A stretch of DNA of 37,670 nucleotides from an uncultured Candidatus Peribacteria bacterium. Lineage in GTDB: Bacteria; Patescibacteriota; Gracilibacteria; Peribacterales; Peribacteraceae. The notes under the pieces were generated by a model. It saw only the letters and a program-made list of their open reading frames with translations, did not search any database and had not been told where the DNA came from. Of the stretch, positions 25,693-32,740 are shown piece by piece. The stretch spans positions 1 through 37,670 of the forward strand of contig CAYGDM010000002.1 of the NCBI GenBank assembly GCA_964348685.1. The letters are read 5' to 3'. Made by a program: the position numbers and the translations under genes. Positions within the stretch are counted from its first letter, which is position 1, and every line of letters begins with the position of its first letter.

Positions 25693-25934
25693 TGGTTAGG
25701 TGTGTCGATGTCCGGATGCGCAATTCGGAGTTCTTGGATTCGCTCCTGAAGCTTGTTTTGCTGGAGTTCTTTTTCGACGGCCTGCTGTGCGATCTCATCG
25801 ATTGAGGGTGTGTGAAGTAGCTGGGCGGCGCAGAGTGCGGCCAGTTCGGCATTGAGTTTCGCGGGGGCTTTGTCTCCCACTTGGAGCTTGGTCTGTCGAA
25901 GCTGCGCGTAGCGGATTGGATCGAAGTTCGTCAT
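25689..25934 (-). CDS. Hypothetical helical protein
   Basis: 81 aa with a TGATG overlap to the fibre-like gene. Confidence 0.5.
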   Translation of the reverse strand: MTNFDPIRYAQLRQTKLQVGDKAPAKLNAELAALCAAQLLHTPSIDEIAQQAVEKELQQNKLQERIQELRIAHPDIDTPNQ

Positions 25935-26815
25935 CAGTTCTTGGCGATCACTTTCCAGTTGCCGTTTGAGTAGTCGGCGTTGTAGTTGGCGCGGAAGATT
26001 TCCGCTCGCCCAGCCGTGACAATCGAGTGTGTTGCTACGCCCTCAACCGTCGTTCCTAGCGCGAAGTCATCTGCGCAATTGATGTCGATGTTGTAAGTCG
26101 GTGAGCCGCCGTCGTGATCGGCCACCACATAGATCAATCCGAAGTTGTTGTACGGGTCGGGAAGGGTGATCGTGGTTGCCGCGCCGATGGTGGTTGGGAA
26201 CACCGCGATGTAGCCCGGCTCGGAAAGTGTTGGCACGTACGGATCACCGAGGCTTCCGTCCTGCATCGACCCCGAGAGGACCGGCGGAACGGAGATGTTG
26301 AGCGGCACACCGAACAGGGCGTAGGTTGGCGTGACCGAGATCGCGGGAGTCTGGATGCCGCCCGATTCGATGTAGAACGTGAGTTCTCCCGACTGACCCC
26401 ATATGCCCGTTTTCAGGTCGGAGTTGTCGAAGATGATGTCCGGGTAGTACGCGCCGCCAGATGTGTAGCCGCCTGTGAACTTTTGCTGGACGGTGAAGTT
26501 GTTTCCGGCGTCAAGGCTTGCCTTGTTGTTGTGATCCAGCGCAGTCAGCAGCAAGTAGATGCTTGCGCCAGCGGTGTGGGCTTTTGTAAGTGTGGGGGTG
26601 CTTGCGTCGAGGGTCAATGTGGACCCTGACCGCGTGACTTGGATTAGCTCTGCATCATCATCAGGGTCGTCGCCTACCTGCACACCGAAGATGCCTGCGC
26701 CACTGGGCCAGTTGGTTCCAGATGTGGTGTCCAGTACGAGCGATGTGCCACCTATGGATACGTTGGCGTCTAGTTCGCCTACCCAAGTGCTGTCAACGGA
26801 CGTTGCGCGGGCCAC
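25934..26815 (-). CDS. Tail-fibre-like / minor-tail-like beta-rich protein encoded upstream of the terminase
   Basis: The N-terminal ELIQVTRSGSTLTLDASTPTLTKAHTAGASIYLLLTA motif is typical of actinophage minor tail or fibre proteins. Composition is Gly/Thr/Ser-rich. Confidence 0.5.
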   Translation of the reverse strand: MARATSVDSTWVGELDANVSIGGTSLVLDTTSGTNWPSGAGIFGVQVGDDPDDDAELIQVTRSGSTLTLDASTPTLTKAHTAGASIYLLLTALDHNNKASLDAGNNFTVQQKFTGGYTSGGAYYPDIIFDNSDLKTGIWGQSGELTFYIESGGIQTPAISVTPTYALFGVPLNISVPPVLSGSMQDGSLGDPYVPTLSEPGYIAVFPTTIGAATTITLPDPYNNFGLIYVVADHDGGSPTYNIDINCADDFALGTTVEGVATHSIVTAGRAEIFRANYNADYSNGNWKVIAKN

Positions 26816-26964
26816 TACTGAAACCTCACGGCGTCATATCGATCGGCCCAGTCATGCCAACAAAGGGCGGCACCGAAGCCGATCAGGAAAAGGCCGACCG
26901 CGAAGTGATGGATGCGATATCCGGCGATGGTGACGCGGCGGTTGTCGCGGTCGAACTCGATCAC
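26815..26964 (-). CDS. Small membrane protein (49 aa), absent from the ORF track
   Basis: GTG at 26964 gives MIEFDRDNRRVTIAGYRIHHFAVGLFLIGFGAALCWHDWADRYDAVRFQ. High GC3. Its TAG overlaps the next GTG (TAGTG). Confidence 0.55.
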   Translation of the reverse strand: MIEFDRDNRRVTIAGYRIHHFAVGLFLIGFGAALCWHDWADRYDAVRFQ

Positions 26965-26966
26965 GG

Positions 26967-27158
26967 CTAGACCCGCTTGGACGCGATACTCACCACGTAG
27001 TCATTGCCGATCACTTCGCCGCCGAGTGTTGTCATCTCGAACTTCATCGGGCCGTTGCGCAGCGTGTACCAAGCCGATGCAGTGATCGAGTTGCCAAGCC
27101 TGCGGGCTTCGCGGTAAATCTCGCGGCGACTGAATGTGACGGTTCTAAGTGAAGCCAT
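26967..27158 (-). CDS. Hypothetical small protein
   Basis: The internal ATG at 27158 follows AAAGGAAA. The longer ORF 26967..27530 overlaps the transglycosylase gene in another frame. Confidence 0.45.
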   Translation of the reverse strand: MASLRTVTFSRREIYREARRLGNSITASAWYTLRNGPMKFEMTTLGGEVIGNDYVVSIASKRV

Positions 27159-27247
27159 GATGGATTTCCTTTCGGTGTGAAGATGTGCGCCGGTTGATTG
27201 CGGCTCAACCGGCAAGGCCGTGCTACGGGCATCGTTGCTAGCGAAGG

Positions 27248-27820
27248 TCAGTACCAGCCAACGGAATGACTGTGCGCGAGTGCGCCGCAGGGTGTTCCGT
27301 AGCGGCCCTTGATGTAGCCGAGGCCCCAGCGGATCTGAACGCGAGGATTGTGCTGCCACCCCGGCCCCATCTTCGATCCGGGGAGCGCCTGCGGGATGCC
27401 GTAGGCGTCGGATGTGGGATTGTCTGAAGTGTGATCCCAGCCAGACTCGCGAGTACCCCAGAGCGTGTCCAGGCATTGCCACTGCTGGCCGGTCCAACCA
27501 AAGTCTCTGGCCATGACGCGGCCCAAGCATCGGTTCTTGGCAGGTGTGCCGCCGTTGCAGTTGCGCTTGCGCTCGTTGACCTGCGCTTGGAGTTTGCGGA
27601 ACTTGGGCCGGACGCAGACCGGGCGCTTTGCCCTGTGACTACGTTTGGCGGTTGGCCCGCCGTATCTGGCTCTTGCATCAAGCCAGCGGTTGAAGGTCCG
27701 CGCCGAGACCTTCTGACAGGTCGGTACTACGGCTTGAGGGCGAACAGGTTGAACTTGCGACTTAGGCGTCGCTTCCGGCGTGACCACGACGAGCGCGAGA
27801 GCGGCGACCATAAAGGCCAC
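27248..27820 (-). CDS. Membrane-anchored or secreted lytic transglycosylase-like peptidoglycan hydrolase
   Basis: The C-terminus LWGTRESGWDHTSDNPTSDAYGIPQALPGSKMGPGWQHNPRVQIRWGLGYIKGRYGTPCGALAHSHSVGWY matches the actinobacterial SLT/Apf-C-terminal-like domain. The hydrophobic N-terminus continues upstream of the first canonical start. Confidence 0.55.
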   Translation of the reverse strand: MAFMVAALALVVVTPEATPKSQVQPVRPQAVVPTCQKVSARTFNRWLDARARYGGPTAKRSHRAKRPVCVRPKFRKLQAQVNERKRNCNGGTPAKNRCLGRVMARDFGWTGQQWQCLDTLWGTRESGWDHTSDNPTSDAYGIPQALPGSKMGPGWQHNPRVQIRWGLGYIKGRYGTPCGALAHSHSVGWY

Positions 27821-27880
27821 GATGAACAGAACACCGAGCCCGGTGCCGATGGTCTTGAGTGTTGACTTGACAAAGCGGAT

Positions 27881-28193
27881 ACCTACCCCTTTGTTGGATG
27901 ACCCCGGTCGACGATTGTCGGGCCGACCGGGCGAGATGGCATCCGTGCTTCAGCGGCCGCGACGGCCCCGCGTCAAGTGGGCGCGGGGCACCTGCGGCTG
28001 CTTGCCGCCTTCATGGCGGCGTCTGCTCACGCGAGCGGACGTTTAGAAATTGGTGGCCGTCCTTGGCCGATCGCTGGGGAGCGAGTGTCCTAAGGGGTCG
28101 CGACCTGCCTAGTCATGGCGAGCGATCGGTCAACCCCAAGTTGAAACCGATCTGGCCGCTGGTGCGCGCTTACCATCCAGCGGCGCGCAGTCT
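27881..28193 (-). promoter_or_regulatory. Largest noncoding stretch of the minus-strand unit, rich in stems and palindromes. Candidate terminator, late-promoter or cos region
   Basis: There is no ORF of 20 aa or more on the minus strand. Structures: CCGCTGG/CCAGCGG and TGCGCGC/GCGCGCA stems at 28155-28190, CCGATCGCT (28067) pairing with AGCGATCGG (28121), the 10-bp palindrome GGTCGCGACC (28096..28105), a CCCCGCG-N9-CGCGGGG stem (about 27967-27989) and GCCGCC ttcat GGCGGC (about 28004-28020). Confidence 0.4.
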
Positions 28194-28889
28194 TTAGGCG
28201 GGGTAGGTAAGCCCGAGCGCGGCTTCTTTCTTCTGCTTTCGCCGGATGTAATCCGGTGTCCGGCCCGTCTTTCCAGAATGGATCACTACGGCGTTCTGGA
28301 TTATCTCTGCCGCCGATTCAAGTCTCTGATCCACCATGCGCGCCAGATTCGCGCGCTGCTCGGCTGTCATATCGTCGTCGGCGCGGCGGCGAATCAGTTT
28401 CAGCACGCTCCGCAGCTTGCTCTCGACGTGGCTCCGGTTACCGTGAACTGCGAGTGCGCGAAGCGCTGGCACTCTCTCGGAGAGAGGCATCGCGCGGACC
28501 CCATCCAGTACCTTGCGCATCTCGGCTGGGTCGGGGTGATTGCTGTCCGGTCGGAGAATGTCCAAGACGCTGCTCGGATCGAGAGTTCCGTCGCCGACTC
28601 GCTCAAGTGCGTGAAGCAAGGTGTGGCAACCGGCGCAGAGCGCAATCAAATCCTCCAGTAGTTCCTCACCGACGCGCTCGTAGGTCATGTGGTGCAAGCA
28701 CATTCTCTGCTTCTCGCCGCAGACGCAGGCCTGTGGGCGATCAGACGCAAAGTAAGCCGCGCGCTTGTCGCGCCACTGTGGGCTGCGGAGGTAGTCGTCG
28801 TAGGTTGCGTATCCGAGTCGGCGGATCTGACTCTCGCGCGCGCCTCTGCGAATTGCCTGCGGACTCGGGCTGTAATCTTGCGTGTGCAT
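28194..28889 (-). CDS. HNH-motif protein with a helical C-terminal extension
   Basis: YLRSPQWRDKRAAYFASDRPQACVCGEKQRMCLHHMTYERVGEELLEDLIALCAGCHTLLH. Start is ATG 28889, or alternatively GTG 28961. Confidence 0.6.
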   Translation of the reverse strand: MHTQDYSPSPQAIRRGARESQIRRLGYATYDDYLRSPQWRDKRAAYFASDRPQACVCGEKQRMCLHHMTYERVGEELLEDLIALCAGCHTLLHALERVGDGTLDPSSVLDILRPDSNHPDPAEMRKVLDGVRAMPLSERVPALRALAVHGNRSHVESKLRSVLKLIRRRADDDMTAEQRANLARMVDQRLESAAEIIQNAVVIHSGKTGRTPDYIRRKQKKEAALGLTYPA

Positions 28890-29096
28890 CGAAGCTAAAC
28901 CCTTCGGTGTCGGCCCCCGAACGTTGTCGCGTTGCGGGGGCGATTTTGATTGCGGGCGCACGTAGCTAGTGAAGTCGTTTTCACTCGTCTACGCCGCGAT
29001 TGAGACGGCGATCACTGACCCTGCTTATCGACCCGCGCGGCGGACGCCCGATGAGGCGTCCCGCAACTCACATTGGACCATGCGGGTCGGACGGAT

Positions 29097-29759
29097 TCAG
29101 GCTACGTCTTGCTCGGCCTTGTGCAGTAGTTGCTCGAACCGATGCGCGAAGCGCTCAAGTTCCTCGTCGTCGTACATTGGACTCACCGCAGCGCGGACTC
29201 TCTCAAGATGCTGCCGCTGCTGCTCGCGACGAGCTGCGAGGTCATCGGCCACCATCGCCTCAATTTCTTCGCTGGCGATTGCGGGGGCTTCCCTGTCGAT
29301 GGACTGATCGGCGCTCGATGTGTAGCCCTGCGCTGGTGCGAGGAAGTAGTTGGACCCCGAGATCGGCGCTGGGCGGTGCGGCCCGATGCGCTCCCATCGG
29401 ATCAGCCAGCGGCCATCCTCCTGGCGCTCGGCTTCGGTGACGATGATCGGGATGCCCTTGCCCTGCGCTGGCGGTAGCGGATCGCGTCCTCGCTTCCAAC
29501 CCTTTGGGTATTCGCGGTAGCGGAGAGTCGCGGTTCGGTCGATGGGGTACGGACACTTGGATTCGCGCAGGCCGATGGATTCTTTCGGCTCAAGGATCGT
29601 GCCGTTGCCTTCGGTGATTTTCAGCGGCCCGAACGTTTCAACTTCGCGGCCATTCTTGAACGCGGTTGCGCTGCCACGTTTGCGGATTTTCGACGTTCGG
29701 AAGATCAGTAGAGGTTGCCCCTTGCCTACCGCGTCGTATTGCTCGCGGGTGACGATCAT
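29097..29759 (-). CDS. Hypothetical protein
   Basis: 220 aa with an ATGA overlap to the rusA stop. Confidence 0.55.
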   Translation of the reverse strand: MIVTREQYDAVGKGQPLLIFRTSKIRKRGSATAFKNGREVETFGPLKITEGNGTILEPKESIGLRESKCPYPIDRTATLRYREYPKGWKRGRDPLPPAQGKGIPIIVTEAERQEDGRWLIRWERIGPHRPAPISGSNYFLAPAQGYTSSADQSIDREAPAIASEEIEAMVADDLAARREQQRQHLERVRAAVSPMYDDEELERFAHRFEQLLHKAEQDVA

Positions 29760-30130
29760 GCGGCCACACTTTCAGACTGGATTTCCGAGAACTGCACAAC
29801 GGTGTGTGGGTCCGTCGATCCGCGATGGATTACCGCGTGAAGCGAAGCCACCTGCTTGTCATCGACCCAGACGATTCCGTTTGCCGCGTCGAAGATCAGC
29901 TTCACTAAGTTGTCAATGTCCACGGTCTTGCTCTTGCAATAAAAGGCAAGTGCCACATGGAATTGTTCTTTGGATGGTGGGCCTTGCACCTGTCCACGGA
30001 TGCGCCATTGAATCTCTTGCTCTGCGGCCAATGTCTTTGCAGGCGTGTAGGTGTGGACCTTGCCACGGACCACGGAGAATCGTGGACGGCCCTTCGGGGT
30101 TGGCTCGCCGGGGAGGATGAACGTACTCAT
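29756..30130 (-). CDS. rusA: RusA-family Holliday junction resolvase
   Basis: ILPGEPTPKGRPRF ... DIDNLVKLIFDAANGIVWVDDKQV. Confidence 0.85.
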   Translation of the reverse strand: MSTFILPGEPTPKGRPRFSVVRGKVHTYTPAKTLAAEQEIQWRIRGQVQGPPSKEQFHVALAFYCKSKTVDIDNLVKLIFDAANGIVWVDDKQVASLHAVIHRGSTDPHTVVQFSEIQSESVAA

Positions 30131-30480
30131 GCCGCCAACCCCTGTTGAATCCGATACCGCGCCTTGCCGCTGGTGCCTCGCATCGCCACGAATTCCTCAA
30201 TGGCAACCGCCAGGACTTCACGCTGACGATCAGTTAGCTTCGCGTTCTTAGGCGCGCGGCGGCTTGCGACCCATCCGGTAAACGGCAGTCCTGTTTCGCG
30301 GCAGATTCGGCGGGCCTTGACTTCGCCCAGTCCCTTTACCGCCACAAGTAATTCACCAACACGAAACGGCAAGTCCGACGAACGCGCAACCTCGGCTGGG
30401 TCTACTTCCTCGCTTGCAATCTTTTCTTTGACCGCAGCCTTCCTCATTCGCGCCGACTGTGCAAGGTCTAGAGCTGTCAT
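30127..30480 (-). CDS. Actinobacterial integration host factor (mIHF)-like DNA-binding protein
   Basis: The ATG at 30480 forms an ATGA overlap. VGELLVAVKGLGEVKARRICRETGLPFTGWVASRRAPKNAKLTDRQREVL parallels the mIHF pattern (V..LL.alPgvGkvKA..i....gI...rr...L...Qr..L). Confidence 0.55.
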   Translation of the reverse strand: MTALDLAQSARMRKAAVKEKIASEEVDPAEVARSSDLPFRVGELLVAVKGLGEVKARRICRETGLPFTGWVASRRAPKNAKLTDRQREVLAVAIEEFVAMRGTSGKARYRIQQGLAA

Positions 30481-30746
30481 GTGCTGGGGTTGCATTGCTG
30501 CTGTTCCTTCCATTGGGTGTAGAGGCGATGTGCATAGGCATGTGAAATGTGGGTGCGCTGCGCTGCCTGCTTGCAGTTGAGTCCGCCCGTCACTAATCGC
30601 GCCACACGTTCCCGAAGTTGTTGTGTTGTGAGCGACCTTGATTTGTACGCCGCAGCGGTTTCCATGAAGTGCGCACGATCAGATTCGGCCTGCTCTTCCG
30701 AAATCAACGGCTGGGGGTCTAGGGGTGCGTGGCCGGTGTTGTTCAT
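30477..30746 (-). CDS. HTH DNA-binding protein (sigma region 4 / resolvase-HTH-like)
   Basis: LTTQQLRERVARLVTGGLNCKQAAQRTHISHAYAHRLYTQW. Confidence 0.5.
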   Translation of the reverse strand: MNNTGHAPLDPQPLISEEQAESDRAHFMETAAAYKSRSLTTQQLRERVARLVTGGLNCKQAAQRTHISHAYAHRLYTQWKEQQQCNPST

Positions 30747-31903
30747 GCGGCCAACTCCGAAACTTGATTCATCAGCGGCGCGTCGTCAAGAATCCTGCGC
30801 CGAGCGATATCCACATACTCTGGATTCAATTCGCATCCGACGAACGATCTGTTGTGGCGTAGTGCCACCATGCCCGTGGTTCCCGATCCTGCGAAGGGGT
30901 CAAGAACTGTTCCGCCTTCCGGGCTACCAGCAAGGATGCAAGGCTCAATCAGGTCGGGCGGGAACGTGGCGAAGTGTGCGCCGCTGAATGGCTTGGTGGT
31001 GACTGTCCAGACGGAGCGTTTGTTGCGCCTCGGCTGTTCGATGCGTTCGGTGTCGGACGCGCGGCCGAGTTGGTGGATCGCGGTTTGCCCGTCGCTGAAC
31101 GAACTTCCCGCTGCGCCCTTCACGACATCCTCTGCGACTGCCTCGGCGTCGTAGAAATACGTCTTTGACTTCGACAGCAGGAAGATGTATTCGTGTGCCT
31201 TCGTGCAGCGGTCTTGCACCGATTCGGGCATCGGGTTTGGCTTGTGCCAGATGATGTCTTGGCGCAGATACCAGCCATCGGCGCGAAGCGCGAAGGCGAC
31301 TAGCCACGGGATGCCGATTAGGTCTTTTTGCTTTAGGCCAAAAGCTCGCGCATTACGATGCGCGACCGCCGCGTTCCGTGACGGACTTGCCTCTTGCGCG
31401 CCCTTCGGCGCCTCGCTGATTTTGCGCCCACGGTGCGCGGCTGCATCGCCCTTGCCGCCCGCTCCACCAGCCAACGTCTCGGCGGGCATCGCCGTTCCAC
31501 CACGCTGCGCCGCATAACTGTCGCCAAGATTCAGCCATACCGTGCCGTCGTCACGTAGTACACGGCGGACATCGCGAAAGACCTCGACCAGCGCCTGCAC
31601 GAACTCGTCGGGTGTCGGTTCAAGGCCGATCTGCGCATCGACGCGCGTGGCGCCGCAAGCGGCGCAGTCACCGGACATGACCGAGAGAGCGCCGAGGTTG
31701 CTCGCCTGCTTCTCGCTACCCGGCGCGGCGGTCCGCGCGACCGAGCCGACGTGCTCGCAATCCGGGTCGCCGCCTTCCCAAGAGGCGGTGCCGTAGTCAC
31801 GCAGTCCGAAGTACGGCGGGGAAGTCACACACGTATTGACGGATTGATCTTCGAGCGTTTTCATCTGCTCGATGCAGTCGCCTTGAAGGATGCGCCAACT
31901 CAT
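30743..31903 (-). CDS. Beta-class N4/N6 DNA methyltransferase (N6_N4_Mtase family) with SPPY motif IV, suggesting m4C specificity
   Basis: CVTSPPYFGLRDY lies near the N-terminus and VLDPFAGSGTTGMVA near the C-terminus. There is a long Gly/Ala-rich insert between the motifs. Confidence 0.9.
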   Translation of the reverse strand: MSWRILQGDCIEQMKTLEDQSVNTCVTSPPYFGLRDYGTASWEGGDPDCEHVGSVARTAAPGSEKQASNLGALSVMSGDCAACGATRVDAQIGLEPTPDEFVQALVEVFRDVRRVLRDDGTVWLNLGDSYAAQRGGTAMPAETLAGGAGGKGDAAAHRGRKISEAPKGAQEASPSRNAAVAHRNARAFGLKQKDLIGIPWLVAFALRADGWYLRQDIIWHKPNPMPESVQDRCTKAHEYIFLLSKSKTYFYDAEAVAEDVVKGAAGSSFSDGQTAIHQLGRASDTERIEQPRRNKRSVWTVTTKPFSGAHFATFPPDLIEPCILAGSPEGGTVLDPFAGSGTTGMVALRHNRSFVGCELNPEYVDIARRRILDDAPLMNQVSELAA

Positions 31904-32505
31904 GCCCCCGCCCCCTCAATCGGCACCCAAAACCAGAACGTCGAGCCTTCGATTGAGAATCTAAATTCGTGTGTGAAGGTTCCGAATCCAGCGGGGTAAC
32001 TCGGCAATCCAGCGACCTTGCGAGCGTCGAGCGCGTCGATTAGTTCGATGCCGTCTTTGTTGTGGACGTCGCAGCCGGGAACCAGGTTGGCCGACATGTC
32101 GAGGATCTGCTGGAGGACGATTTGCTCGATCAACGGAATTGCGACGGGGCAGTTATCGACGTAAACCGCGTCCTGCGTTGCCACCCGGGTAAGGCCGTCG
32201 CGCGGAGCGGGTCGCCAGAACTCTTCGCCGGCGACTCGATATGCCCCGTGCTTGTACGTCTCACGGATCAGTTCTTGGCTAACGATGTGGCAGCGGTGGC
32301 GCTTCTCGCCGCAGTCACCCGGCATGAATCCGAGCAGGATGCAGTTGGGCCCCAAGCCCTCCTGAATCGTGGCCTCCGGGCTCATGCGGGCCTGGTCGCG
32401 CTTCTTGTTGGCCAGTGGTGTTTTGACCGTGCCGAAGGCTGGCTTCTCTACGCGGTTGCAGATTCGGCAGACGGGCATCGAATGAGCGGCACATAGGGTG
32501 GTCAC
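31900..32505 (-). CDS. Cys/His-rich hypothetical protein translationally coupled (ATGA) to the methyltransferase. Weak His-Me/HNH-like features
   Basis: CRIC, CGEKRHRCHIV and GCDVHNKDG motifs. Start is uncertain: GTG 32505 after GGGCGGGGG, TTG 32529 or ATG 32478. Confidence 0.5.
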   Translation of the reverse strand: MTTLCAAHSMPVCRICNRVEKPAFGTVKTPLANKKRDQARMSPEATIQEGLGPNCILLGFMPGDCGEKRHRCHIVSQELIRETYKHGAYRVAGEEFWRPAPRDGLTRVATQDAVYVDNCPVAIPLIEQIVLQQILDMSANLVPGCDVHNKDGIELIDALDARKVAGLPSYPAGFGTFTHEFRFSIEGSTFWFWVPIEGAGA

Positions 32506-32529
32506 GACGTACCCCCGCCCCGTGTCCAA

Positions 32530-32740
32530 AAACTGCCCTTTGCAATTGACGCGCTGCGCTTTCGTGCGCTGGCGGTGAAGGGCGGATTTGCTAGGCGCGG
32601 CGCGGGATTGAGCGGCTTACGCGCCGTTACTTGTGTGGGCGTATTCGCCCCGAAAAACGCTTCCCAAGCGAGCGTTCGGCCACTTGCGAAGGTGCCACAA
32701 AAACCAATTGCTATGCGGGTTTGCGCGGTGATACGACATT
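32530..32740. other. Noncoding region 3' of int, candidate attP. Core not identifiable from sequence alone
   Basis: It is the only noncoding DNA flanking the integrase. It contains the GGCGCG...CGCGCC inverted repeat (about 32595-32626), CAATTG at two sites and a bulged CCGAA...TTCGG stem. Confidence 0.35.

Noticed and set aside
25934-26815. Diversity-generating retroelement targeting the fibre-like gene.
   Set aside because: There is no reverse transcriptase ORF anywhere in the window, and no template/variable repeat pair was seen.
28962-29096. Nested stems (GACCCGC...GCGGGTC enclosing GGACGCC-tcatcg-GGCGTCC) and AGTGAA-N6-TTCACT after gene 29097..29759, as a possible terminator or ncRNA.
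   Set aside because: There is no U-tract and no conservation information. It is probably just an intergenic RNA structure, so it is noted but not called as a feature.
32530-32740. Searched for a tRNA 3' fragment (T-arm GGTTCRANYC plus acceptor) as the attP core, and for tRNA genes in all intergenic regions.
   Set aside because: No T-loop or acceptor-like sequence was recognised on either strand. The attP core and integration target cannot be called without the host genome.
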